DNA of 64,000 nt, taken from Candidatus Poriferisocius sp. (GTDB lineage Bacteria > Actinomycetota > Acidimicrobiia > Acidimicrobiales > Bin134). Positions 46,434 to 55,171 of this stretch are shown piece by piece (the stretch's first letter is position 1; each line of letters opens with the position of its first letter). The DNA is taken from NCBI RefSeq assembly GCF_965219815.1, contig NZ_OZ244791.1, forward strand, positions 34,007 to 98,006, in the 5' to 3' direction. The position numbers were made by a program, and so were the translations under genes. The notes beneath the pieces were generated by a model that made no database searches, was not told the origin of the DNA, and worked only from the letters and a program-made list of their open reading frames with translations.

Positions 46434-47021
46434 ATGGCAGCAGCTGAAGACAGACTGAAGCTATTTTCCCTCTCAAATCAGCTCGTCGAGCACGAACTCG
46501 ATCGGGTAGAGCGAGAGTTCGCTATCGATCTGCGGAGACAGCACAAGCAAGTGCTTGACTCTGACGAGGACTATTACCCACAGATCGAGCAGGAGTACCG
46601 CTCAGAGGCCGCGGCAATGGCACCCCGTTACGAAGTCTTCTACTCACTCGAGAAATCCATCCGGCGGCTAATTTCTGACCCGCTCGAAGCTGAAGAAGGC
46701 CCCAACTGGTGGACCAGCGGTCGCATTCCCTCCACATTGCAGCAAGAGGTCGCAGACAGACAGCAACGGGAAATGGACAGCGGCACGACGCCCCGGTCGT
46801 CCGACCCCATCGACTTCACAACCTTCGGTGAGCTTGGTGAGATAATCAAGAAGAACTGGGATGTCTTCGACTCCCTGTTCACGAGCGTGAGGGCAGTTGA
46901 GAAGGTCATGAGCAGTCTCAACACGCTCCGAGGCCCGATCGCTCACTGCTCCCTGCTAGCTGAAGACGAGGTGCTCCGGCTCCGCTTGGCGGTTCGTGAT
47001 TGGTTCCGTCTGATGGAGTAG
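46434..47021 (+). CDS. Swt1-like HEPN-domain protein (predicted RNase)
   Basis: C-terminal R-x4-H motif LNTLRGPIAHCS. Upstream DFTTFGELGEIIKKNWDVF block is typical of Swt1-type HEPN. Confidence 0.65.
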   Translation: MAAAEDRLKLFSLSNQLVEHELDRVEREFAIDLRRQHKQVLDSDEDYYPQIEQEYRSEAAAMAPRYEVFYSLEKSIRRLISDPLEAEEGPNWWTSGRIPSTLQQEVADRQQREMDSGTTPRSSDPIDFTTFGELGEIIKKNWDVFDSLFTSVRAVEKVMSSLNTLRGPIAHCSLLAEDEVLRLRLAVRDWFRLME

Positions 47022-47229
47022 CCGGCACGAGCTGCAAATCGTGGAGCGGCCACACGCCACCGATTACCAGCGACAATAGGGCCCGACCAATGGAAACGCA
47101 GCCAGGCACCCATCGGTCAAGTCAGCGGATAGTCGATTCTCGCCGATCAACCCTCACACTCAGTTAGGGCGAGCATCAGCTTGGGGGACCAGCACGAAGG
47201 CCAGTGCCCTGCATTCACAGCCATTTCGA

Positions 47230-47424
47230 CTAGCGCTTCTTGCGCTTGGCTCTCTCCTGGCTTTCTTTCACGTACTCGTCGAAGAGCTCTGCTGCAACAC
47301 GGCGACCAAAGGCCTTGGGGTCCACAGGCTGGGGATCCCAAGGCTGGGGAAACGGCAGGCGTGCCCTTTCGGAGCTACCCTCCGAGAGTTTCTGACGCAG
47401 TGCGTCCTCAGCGCTTCTCGTCAT
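47230..47424 (-). CDS. 64-aa protein with basic C-terminus (ERAKRKKR), unknown function
   Basis: ATG overlaps the stop of the upstream 438-aa gene (ATGA, 47421-47424). No recognisable motif. Confidence 0.5.
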   Translation of the reverse strand: MTRSAEDALRQKLSEGSSERARLPFPQPWDPQPVDPKAFGRRVAAELFDEYVKESQERAKRKKR

Positions 47425-48737
47425 GGCCTCACCCCCATTATGCCAGCGTTTCGGAGCCCTTGGTCGCGACCAAAGTAGCGCGGGTTGAGCTCGGGCGCGA
47501 AGTAGTGCTTTCGCCTAATCCACACTAGCCCGTCTCCCTTCGAGATCACGGCCACATCGACCGGGCCCCCAACCGTCTCAGCTTCCGGTGTAACCCGTCG
47601 CTTGAAGGAGGTGAGGTTTACTAGAGCCTCTGCCATCTCCGCGATTTCCTCCTTCGGGAGCAGCTCCACGATCGACATGATCGGGGCAGAGTTGTTTGCC
47701 TTCAGCAGCTCACGAAAGTGATCCTGGAAGCGATCGGCGATCACCGCTTTGGCCGCAGCCATCTCATTGAGTAGCTGGGAATGCGCAGCCGGAGAAAGAG
47801 CGCCTTTCACCCGTCCACTGAAGTGGTCGATCAACAGGCCAATCGTCTGGTCGACCAATTCGCTGAGTGCCAGTCGATAGTCAGGGTGAATGCCCTCCAT
47901 GAAGGTGGCCACCATGTCCTCCTGCGCGAAGGGGTAGATGCCGGCGGACTGGTCCTTTCCAATGCAGACGCCGCCGACCCTCCACGCTCGAACACGGCCA
48001 GCGACAATGCCGTCGACGAAGTACTGAGACATCGCAGGAAAGAGTTGGTCAGTACCAAACCCCGTTACTACGACTCCGCTACCCCAAGGCGACTGCTGGG
48101 CCGCCCTCAATGAGGCTCGGGCCATGACCCGAGCTCGTCGCTTGATCACCGAGTTCGTAGGTAACCCGTTGAGATATTCGTCTACAAACGCCGGCCAGTC
48201 TTTGATTGCAGCGCTTATCTCTCGTCCGACAATTGCCGTGCTGATGCCATCGATGAAGCCAATCTGCTGCAAATGGCTGATCCGAGCATTGACCCTGCTG
48301 AGAATCTCGCTCCTGATCTGAGCATTAGTGAGCGGAGTACCTGCTGATGCAGCAGCCAATGCAGTGCTCTCTACCGAAGTTCGCACCATGTCCAGCTCCC
48401 ACCACGCGGTCATAACCACACGCTCCCGTTGCTCTTGTCTGGACACATGTCGAACCAAGGAAGGCAAGTAGGCAACTAGCGCTTCTGCATATTCCTCAAC
48501 TGAGCCGTAGGAGGTTGAGGCAAGGTCACGGCGGTGCTCCTTTATGACGGTTTCCCAAGGGATCGACGCAAACGAACCCCCTCCATAAACCATTACTGCA
48601 ACCGGCTCAACGGTTGAGAGGGGAAATAGCTTGTTCGCGGTGTTGTAGATCTTGCGACCTGGCGCACCAACAGTGGCGGCGCTGTCGGCAGCGATAGCAA
48701 CGGCACCACGATTGAGGATCACCACTTCCGCTGTCAT
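47421..48737 (-). CDS. divergent proteasome-beta/HslV-like Ntn hydrolase with a large helical insertion
   Basis: M-T1AEVVILNRGAVAIAAD17SAAT...NK35LFPL...PVAVMVYGGGSF mirrors the proteasome beta T1/D17/K33-LF layout. C-terminal GGPVDVAVISKGDGLVWI resembles the terminal beta strands. Strong AGGAGGTGA RBS. Confidence 0.65.
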   Translation of the reverse strand: MTAEVVILNRGAVAIAADSAATVGAPGRKIYNTANKLFPLSTVEPVAVMVYGGGSFASIPWETVIKEHRRDLASTSYGSVEEYAEALVAYLPSLVRHVSRQEQRERVVMTAWWELDMVRTSVESTALAAASAGTPLTNAQIRSEILSRVNARISHLQQIGFIDGISTAIVGREISAAIKDWPAFVDEYLNGLPTNSVIKRRARVMARASLRAAQQSPWGSGVVVTGFGTDQLFPAMSQYFVDGIVAGRVRAWRVGGVCIGKDQSAGIYPFAQEDMVATFMEGIHPDYRLALSELVDQTIGLLIDHFSGRVKGALSPAAHSQLLNEMAAAKAVIADRFQDHFRELLKANNSAPIMSIVELLPKEEIAEMAEALVNLTSFKRRVTPEAETVGGPVDVAVISKGDGLVWIRRKHYFAPELNPRYFGRDQGLRNAGIMGVRP

Positions 48738-48844
48738 CTATCCTTCACCTCCTGAGCGATAGATATTTACACGGCGCAGTGACAACTTCGCGGACCTGGC
48801 TCAGCGTCATGTGCGGCAGGCTCAGCTGGCGTGATGCCGATGGC

Positions 48845-49396
48845 CTACTCAGAGGCGTTGGTGGTGACTGCTCGCAAGAGGCGAGCCAAGTCGTGCTTCT
48901 CCGCGACGCTGAGTCCTCCGCTCATTTTGCCTTCGAACTCGTTGAACTGGGGGAAGAGTTGCTCGATGGTCCTGAGCCCGGAGGAGGTGAGGGCCACTGT
49001 GACTCGGCGGCGGTCCGACTGCATGCGGGTGCGCTCCACCCGGCCTTGCTTCTCCAGAGTGGTCACCATTCCGGTCAGCGTGCCCTTGGCCAAGTCGCAT
49101 TCGGAGGCCAGTTGAGCGGCTTCCATCTCTCCCCACACCCACAGCACCCACAAAATGGTGAAGCCGCCCCACGACAAACCGGCCTCAGCCAGCACCTCTC
49201 GCTCCGCCCGGCGCCGAACCGCCGCCGCAGCCCGATAGATGTTGGAGATGGCCTGCATCGAGTCGAAGTCGAGAGGCCGATCGCCCAACCGAGCCTGGAT
49301 GTCTACCTCGGCATCGAGGAGGCGTTCGGTGGGAGTGGAGTCGGCTGGCATGGGTTCTCTAGGTAGATTGCCAGACATGCCCGAATACCGCCGCAT
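48845..49396 (-). CDS. MarR-family transcriptional regulator
   Basis: wHTH LASECDLAKGTLTGMVTTLEKQGRVERTRMQSDRRRVTV. Alternative start at ATG 49351. Confidence 0.85.
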   Translation of the reverse strand: MRRYSGMSGNLPREPMPADSTPTERLLDAEVDIQARLGDRPLDFDSMQAISNIYRAAAAVRRRAEREVLAEAGLSWGGFTILWVLWVWGEMEAAQLASECDLAKGTLTGMVTTLEKQGRVERTRMQSDRRRVTVALTSSGLRTIEQLFPQFNEFEGKMSGGLSVAEKHDLARLLRAVTTNASE

Positions 49397-50261
49397 CCTC
49401 CTCGACGGCTATCCCTGTGATGTTGAACGCGTTGGCGATCAGCTGGTTTCCGGCGATGGCCGATCGGTGGCCATCGACGAAGCCGTCCATCTGGCGCCGG
49501 TGACGCCCACCAAGATCATCTGCATCCATCTGAACTACCGCAGCCGGGTTGAGGAGTTCATGACCAAGCTGCCCCCGGCGCCCACCTACTTTCACAAGCC
49601 CATCACCGCGCTTACCGGGCACAAGAGCGACGTGGTGCGCCCCGAGGGGTGCCAGTGGCTGAACTACGAGGGCGAGATTGCCATTGTGATCGGAAAGACC
49701 TGCCGAAACGTGTCCCCTGCTGAGGCGGGGGACTACATCGCCGGTTACAGCGTGGCCAACGACTACGGCCTCCACGACTTCAGGGACACCGACGCGGGGT
49801 CGATGCTGCGAGTGAAGGGCAGCGACACCCTTTGTCCCGTGGGCCCTGGTCTGATCACCGGCTGGGACTTTCGGGGCAAGCGCATCCAGACCATCGTGAA
49901 CGGCGAAGTGAAGCAGGACGCCACTACCGACGAGATGGAATGGGACATGCACTACATCGTGGCCGACATCGCCCGCACCATCACGCTGGTGCCCGGCGAC
50001 ATCCTCTTGTCGGGAACGCCGGCCTACTCCCGCCCGGTGGTGCCCGGCGACGTGGTCACCGTGGAGGTCGAGGGCTTGGGGGCGCTGACCAACACCATCG
50101 TGTCCGGCCCGACTCCCATCCGAGACGATGTGGGTGCGCAGCCGTCCGACTCCGAGGAAGTGCAGTCCACTGCCAAGGGCGGGGATTGGGAGTTCCGAGG
50201 CATCCGCGCCCCCCGAGGTCCCGGTGCCCAGCGCTACGAGTCCACCGTCGAGGAGGAATGA
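49377..50261 (+). CDS. fumarylacetoacetate hydrolase (FAH)-family isomerase/decarboxylase (HpaG-like)
   Basis: KIICIHLNYRSR, YEGEIAIVIGK and GTPAYS are typical FAH-family blocks. Start chosen at ATG 49377. Confidence 0.8.
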   Translation: MPEYRRILLDGYPCDVERVGDQLVSGDGRSVAIDEAVHLAPVTPTKIICIHLNYRSRVEEFMTKLPPAPTYFHKPITALTGHKSDVVRPEGCQWLNYEGEIAIVIGKTCRNVSPAEAGDYIAGYSVANDYGLHDFRDTDAGSMLRVKGSDTLCPVGPGLITGWDFRGKRIQTIVNGEVKQDATTDEMEWDMHYIVADIARTITLVPGDILLSGTPAYSRPVVPGDVVTVEVEGLGALTNTIVSGPTPIRDDVGAQPSDSEEVQSTAKGGDWEFRGIRAPRGPGAQRYESTVEEE

Positions 50262-50265
50262 CTCC

Positions 50266-51717
50266 GTGACCCGCCAGGATGTCGGCGGCGTCTCGGTACC
50301 GACCGATCACCTGATCGGGGGGTCGTGGGTCCCCTCACCTCAGCGGTTCGAGACTCGGTCGCCGATGGGCTGGGAGCACCTGGCCGACATCGCCCGCGGC
50401 GATGAAGCCACGGCGGAGTCCGCGTTAGCCGCTGCCGTGGATGGATTCGAGGCCTGGAGCGCCTTCAGCGTCAAAGAACGAGCCGACGTGCTGCATCGTC
50501 TGGCCGACCTGATTGAGGCCAACAACGATGACATTGCCCTGGTGGAGACCCTGGACATGGGCTTTCTCTATGAGTCGATGAAGCAGCGGCTGGTGGCCCG
50601 GGGGGCGCTCAACTTCCGCACCTACGCCGACCTGATCACCGAGCACGAGAACCGCACCTGGGATGCCAAGAGCATGCGGAACCAAGTGCAGCGCATGCCC
50701 GCCGGTCCGGCGGTGGTCATCACCCCCTGGAATGCGCCGTTCATGCTCAGCACCTGGAAGCTAGCCCCCGCGTTGGCCGCGGGAAACAGCGTCATCCACA
50801 AGCCAGCCGAGTGGTCGCCGCTGTCGGCCGCGCTGCTGGCCGAGCTCACCCTGAAAGCCGGTTTCCCGCCTGGCGCCTACAACCTGGTACAGGGCATCGG
50901 CGAGGAGGTAGGCGCAGCGCTGGTGGCCGACCCCCGAGTGCGGCGCATCACGTTCACCGGATCACCGGAGACCGCCCGGCAGATCGGACGGGCCGCCGCG
51001 GCCAACATCGTCCCGTTCACCGCGGAACTGGGCGGCAAGGGCCCGTTCCTGGTGTTCGCCGACGCCGACCTCGACGCCGCCGCCCACAGGGCTGCCTGGC
51101 AATTCGATGATTCGGGGCAGGTGTGCCTGGCTGGCACCCGGCTGCTGGTCGCGGCCGAAATCCGAGACGAGTTCCTCAAGCGATTCCATCACCACGCAGA
51201 TGCGCTGGTGCTGGGGGATCCCCGTGATCCCACCACCGACATCGCCCCGCTGGCCCACCCCGATCACCGCGACCGGGTCCACGGATTCGTGGAGCGGGCC
51301 CGAGCCGCGGGCGACGTCATCGTGCGGGGCGGCCAACCGATGGAAGGCAGCCTCCACTACGAGCCGACGCTCATCGAACCGGCATCCAACCAGAGCGAGG
51401 TGGTGCAGCAGGAGATCTTCGGCCCGGTGCTCACCCTCCAGACCTTCGCCGACGAGGATGAGGCCATCGCCCTGGCCAACAGCACCGACTATGGCCTCTC
51501 CGCTCAGATCTGGACATCGTCACAGGCCCGGGCCGAGCGGGTGGGCGCAGCCGTGCGGGCTGGCTTGGTGTGGGTCAACACCTTCTTGGTGCGCGACCTC
51601 ACCGCCCCGTTCGGCGGCTGCGGGATCTCCGGCATCGGCCGAGAAGGAGGCGACTACGCCCTCGACTTCCACAGCGATCTCAAGACCCTGATGATCCTGG
51701 ACGACTCGACTGAGTGA
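50266..51717 (+). CDS. aldehyde dehydrogenase (HpaE-like semialdehyde dehydrogenase)
   Basis: GTG 50266 with AGGAGGA upstream. ELGGKGP. Catalytic GQVCLAGTR. EIFGPV. Confidence 0.85.
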   Translation: MTRQDVGGVSVPTDHLIGGSWVPSPQRFETRSPMGWEHLADIARGDEATAESALAAAVDGFEAWSAFSVKERADVLHRLADLIEANNDDIALVETLDMGFLYESMKQRLVARGALNFRTYADLITEHENRTWDAKSMRNQVQRMPAGPAVVITPWNAPFMLSTWKLAPALAAGNSVIHKPAEWSPLSAALLAELTLKAGFPPGAYNLVQGIGEEVGAALVADPRVRRITFTGSPETARQIGRAAAANIVPFTAELGGKGPFLVFADADLDAAAHRAAWQFDDSGQVCLAGTRLLVAAEIRDEFLKRFHHHADALVLGDPRDPTTDIAPLAHPDHRDRVHGFVERARAAGDVIVRGGQPMEGSLHYEPTLIEPASNQSEVVQQEIFGPVLTLQTFADEDEAIALANSTDYGLSAQIWTSSQARAERVGAAVRAGLVWVNTFLVRDLTAPFGGCGISGIGREGGDYALDFHSDLKTLMILDDSTE

Positions 51718-51765
51718 CCGCGCTTGGTGATTGCATTATGACAGCAATGCGGCCATAATGCTGTC

Positions 51766-52002
51766 ATGACTGTGCAGATCACGATTCGAGGGGTACCTGA
51801 GGAAGTCCGCGATGAACTTTCAGCTCGGGCTGCGCTCAACCGGCAATCCATGCAGGAGTACTTGCGCGGCGAACTTGAGCGCATTGCGTCCCGGCCAACG
51901 CTGCGTTCTTGGCTTGACGAAGTCCAGCGCCGCAAGGCCGCAGCGGGAACCGGCGTCCCGACTTCGATGATCCTCGAAGACCGAGACGCCGATCGGAGGT
52001 GA
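51766..52002 (+). CDS. vapB: RHH/FitA-like antitoxin (VapB)
   Basis: MTVQITIRGVPEEVRDELSARAALNRQSMQEYLR. 4-nt overlap with the PIN gene. Confidence 0.8.
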   Translation: MTVQITIRGVPEEVRDELSARAALNRQSMQEYLRGELERIASRPTLRSWLDEVQRRKAAAGTGVPTSMILEDRDADRR

Positions 52003-52397
52003 GTGCCGTCGTCGACGCCTCCGTGCTGGTGGCCGTGCTCGTCGACTCTGAGCATGACGGCCCATGGGCAGAAGAGGCGATCTCAACCGGCCCTCTGGCC
52101 GCACCAGAACAGGCTCTGGTCGAAGCCACCAACACCCTTCGTCGACAGGAGCTAAGGGGCGTCCTCACACGACTGGAAGCGACAGCCGCCCACCGAGACC
52201 TGCTCCGCCTTGATATTGACCTCTACCCGTTTACGCCTTTCGCTGACCGCGTATGGGAACTCAGGGCCAACCTCACCAGCTACGACGCCTGGTACGTGGC
52301 GTTGGCCGAAGCGCTCGATTGGCCGCTGTTGACCCTCGACCGCCGGATCAGCCGAGCAACCGGACCCTTGTGCCAAGTGGTGACTCCCCAACCCTAA
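51999..52397 (+). CDS. vapC: PIN-domain toxin (VapC)
   Basis: SAVVDASVLVAVL start with conserved Asp. C-terminal LTLDRR pattern. Confidence 0.8.
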   Translation: MSAVVDASVLVAVLVDSEHDGPWAEEAISTGPLAAPEQALVEATNTLRRQELRGVLTRLEATAAHRDLLRLDIDLYPFTPFADRVWELRANLTSYDAWYVALAEALDWPLLTLDRRISRATGPLCQVVTPQP

Positions 52398-52405
52398 GCG
52401 GGACG

Positions 52406-53245
52406 CTACATCGAGCGGGAGGGGTCCATGGGGGCGGGGGCGGCTTTGGCCATGGAGTCTTGCTGGAAGGTGGCCACTAACTGGCCTTCGGCGGTGAACA
52501 CTTCGCCTTGGCCGTAGACCCGGCCGTTGGCCGCCTTGGTGGCCGACATCTGGATGAGCAGCCACTGGGATGCGTCCAGGCGATCCAGGAAGTGGAGGGT
52601 GTGGGCGATCACCCCGGTGGACAGGGTGCGGTGGGCGTCCTCGATTCGGATGGTTTCTCGATGGGGGCGCATGGCCAACCCGATGATGTTGCCGCAGGTG
52701 GCCCATCCGGCGATGCCCTGGTTGGCCGCCTGCGACTCCACCCCCGCCTCGTAGCGGTGCCAGGCCCGCTCAACCGGCACTCCGTCGATCTCCGGTTCGC
52801 CGGGCACCGGCCGCCACTCGGCGCCGGGGAAGATGAAGGCGAAGCCGGGATCCAAGCCATCGGGACCGGGCACATCGGGCATGGCCGGCTCGTGACGCAT
52901 CAGGTCGTCGTCCACTGTGCTCATCAAGATCAGCGCCCGGCTGAGCAGCTTGCCCCCCTGGGTGGCGGTGACCGCATCGCTGGCCCAGGTGCGCCCGGCC
53001 TGCATGGAATCGACGTCCACCTCTATGGGCAGGGTGTAGGTGCCGGCCCGGGCGAAGATGGCGTGCACGGAGCGGATGTCCTTGGCGCTGCCCGCTTCCC
53101 TATCCGACGCCATCATCATCTGGGCCATGAGCTGGCCACTGAACACCACATCGCGCCCCTCAGCCGACTCCGCCGGCTGGAATACGTGATAGCGATGCTC
53201 CCCGACTTCGGTGAGCTCCAAGATGTCAGGCAATTGGCCGCTCAT
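52406..53245 (-). CDS. acyl-CoA thioesterase II (TesB-like double hot-dog)
   Basis: 279 aa. GGQLMAQ-type region (FSGQLMAQMM) and a C-terminal GQGEVFTAEGQLVATFQQD block. Confidence 0.75.
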   Translation of the reverse strand: MSGQLPDILELTEVGEHRYHVFQPAESAEGRDVVFSGQLMAQMMMASDREAGSAKDIRSVHAIFARAGTYTLPIEVDVDSMQAGRTWASDAVTATQGGKLLSRALILMSTVDDDLMRHEPAMPDVPGPDGLDPGFAFIFPGAEWRPVPGEPEIDGVPVERAWHRYEAGVESQAANQGIAGWATCGNIIGLAMRPHRETIRIEDAHRTLSTGVIAHTLHFLDRLDASQWLLIQMSATKAANGRVYGQGEVFTAEGQLVATFQQDSMAKAAPAPMDPSRSM

Positions 53246-53258
53246 TAGAAGAGCGGGC

Positions 53259-54110
53259 TCATTCGTCCATCCCGAACATGGCCGGGTCGAAGTCCATCAT
53301 GCCGGCCATGACCTTCACGAAGGGGTCGTCCCAGGCGTCCACCAGAGAGGCGTTGGTGTGGCCCTGGTCCACCAGCAGGTTGATCCCGTTGATGCCGCTG
53401 GCGGCGTCGCTGCTCAAGAACAGCAGAGTGTCGCCCATCTGCTCGGGAACCAAGGTGGGCACATCGGCGGCCTCCCGATAGCTGGCCCCAAATCCGAGCC
53501 ATAGGTCGGCGTTGGCCCGGGCCAAGGGGGTGTCGGTGGGCCCGGGCATGATGGAGTTGATGCGGATGCCCCTTTGCAGGAAGGGGAACGCCTGGGCGGC
53601 CACATACCCGTTGATGGCCTGCTTGGAGAACATGTAGCTGTCGGTGCCCTCGTTCTCGTCGATCCACGCCGCGGCGGTGTCCCAGTCGGGGGTGGCCAGA
53701 AAGTCCTGCACCTGCTCCAGTTTGCTCATCCATCCCAGCCCGGCCGCCGAGGAGATGAAGCTCACCGAGCCGCCCCGGCCCAGCTTGCCGCCCTTGATCA
53801 GCGCTTCGATGAGATGGCGCTGCGATGTGAAGTTGATCAGCATGAGATTGCCGGTGCCGTCGGCCACCCCCGCGCAGGCCAACACGGTATGCACTGGGCC
53901 TTCGATGGCCTCGATGGCCGCGTCCACGCTGGCCTGGTCGCCCAGGTTGACGTTGATGTACTGCCCGCACTCGTAGGTCATGTCGGCGATGTCCAACACA
54001 ATGGTATGTCCACCCAGCGCGGCTGCCTTCTGAGCCGCGGCCGCTCCCATCCCGGTGGCGCCCCCCACCACCAGCACCCGCTTGCCCTCGTAGTTGACCA
54101 GATCAGCCAT
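53259..54110 (-). CDS. short-chain dehydrogenase/reductase (SDR)
   Basis: VVGGATGMGAAAA cofactor motif. YMFSK (YxxxK). Start chosen at ATG 54110. Confidence 0.8.
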   Translation of the reverse strand: MADLVNYEGKRVLVVGGATGMGAAAAQKAAALGGHTIVLDIADMTYECGQYINVNLGDQASVDAAIEAIEGPVHTVLACAGVADGTGNLMLINFTSQRHLIEALIKGGKLGRGGSVSFISSAAGLGWMSKLEQVQDFLATPDWDTAAAWIDENEGTDSYMFSKQAINGYVAAQAFPFLQRGIRINSIMPGPTDTPLARANADLWLGFGASYREAADVPTLVPEQMGDTLLFLSSDAASGINGINLLVDQGHTNASLVDAWDDPFVKVMAGMMDFDPAMFGMDE

Positions 54111-54172
54111 TTCCGTTCCCCTTCTTGTCCTTGCTTGTGAATGGTCTAGCCGATATTGGGAGACTTCTGGCA

Positions 54173-55171
54173 ATGAGCAGAGGGCAACCCAACATCGCTA
54201 TTGCCCACTGGCCGGGCATGGGGCTGTTCGGCGAGGCCGACCACGACCGGCTGCGGGCGCTGGGGCGGCTGTTGAACACCGAGCCCATCGGGGCGTGGGA
54301 CGACGAGGCCAACGCCGTGCTGGCCGAGGCCGAGGTGATCGTCGGCCACTGGGGGTGCCCGCCGCTAGACGCCGCCATGCTCGATCGGGCGCCCCGGCTC
54401 GGGCTGTTCGCCTACGCGGCGGGCACGGTCAAGATGACCCTGACCGATGCGGTGTGGGATCGCGGCATCCGCGTGACCAGCGGGGCCAACGCCAACGCCG
54501 AGCCGGTGGCCGAGTTCACCCTGGCCGCCATCCTGTTCGCCAACAAGGGGGTGCTGTGGCGCCGGGGCCGGGCTGACTTCTCAGCCATGTCGGCCATGGG
54601 CGACCGCCAGTGGGGCAACTACGGCCGCACCATCGGCATCATTGGGGCATCGCTGATCGGCCGCCGGGTGATCGAGCTGCTGCGCCCCTTTCCCCACTTG
54701 ACGGTGACGCTCTCCGACCCCTACGTGACCCCAGAAGAAGCCGCCTCGCTAGGGGTGGACAAACTGGAGTTGGATGAACTGTGCGCCGGGGCCGATGTGC
54801 TGTCTATCCATGCGCCAGCCCTGCCCGAGACGATGCACTTGATCGGCGCCAACCAGTTGGCCGCATTGCCCGACGGCGCCACGGTGATCAACACCGCCCG
54901 CGGGCCGCTGATCGACCATGAGGCGCTGACGCCTCACCTGGCCTCGGGGCGGCTGTATGCCATCTTGGATGTGACTGATCCTGAGCCGCTGCCCGAAGAC
55001 AGCCCGCTGCTGGAGATGGCCAACGTGTGGATCAGCCCCCACTTGGCCGGCAGCCAGGGCACCGAACTGGCCCGCATGACCGACTACGTGATCGATGAGA
55101 TCCGGCGGTGGTCGGCCGGAGAGTACGCCCTCAACGAAGTGACCAAAGAGCGATTGGCCACCATGGCATGA
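54173..55171 (+). CDS. D-isomer-specific 2-hydroxyacid dehydrogenase family protein
   Basis: GIIGASLIGRRV NAD motif. NTARGPLID. DVTDPEPLP. Confidence 0.8.
   Translation: MSRGQPNIAIAHWPGMGLFGEADHDRLRALGRLLNTEPIGAWDDEANAVLAEAEVIVGHWGCPPLDAAMLDRAPRLGLFAYAAGTVKMTLTDAVWDRGIRVTSGANANAEPVAEFTLAAILFANKGVLWRRGRADFSAMSAMGDRQWGNYGRTIGIIGASLIGRRVIELLRPFPHLTVTLSDPYVTPEEAASLGVDKLELDELCAGADVLSIHAPALPETMHLIGANQLAALPDGATVINTARGPLIDHEALTPHLASGRLYAILDVTDPEPLPEDSPLLEMANVWISPHLAGSQGTELARMTDYVIDEIRRWSAGEYALNEVTKERLATMA

Larger units (their letters stand above)
38084..48844. other. accessory island B: IS-disrupted gene, Type III R-M, DUF5343-like/HEPN pair, proteasome-like hydrolase operon
   Basis: Visibly lower G+C (not computed) and defence-type gene content, inserted between catabolic genes (ALDH at 36617-38083 and the MarR/FAH/ALDH cluster from 48845). 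Confidence 0.6.

Noticed and set aside
48738-48844. Promoter for the proteasome-like hydrolase operon (TTGTCA ... TATCTA on the minus strand)
   Set aside because: Spacing between the candidate -35 and any -10-like hexamer is 14 nt or otherwise off-consensus. Only the RBS is convincing.
49239-49376. N-terminal extension of the FAH-family ORF (start at 49239) overlapping the marR coding region
   Set aside because: The extension is antisense to the well-supported MarR gene and encodes low-complexity sequence. The conserved FAH sequence begins at the ATG at 49377.
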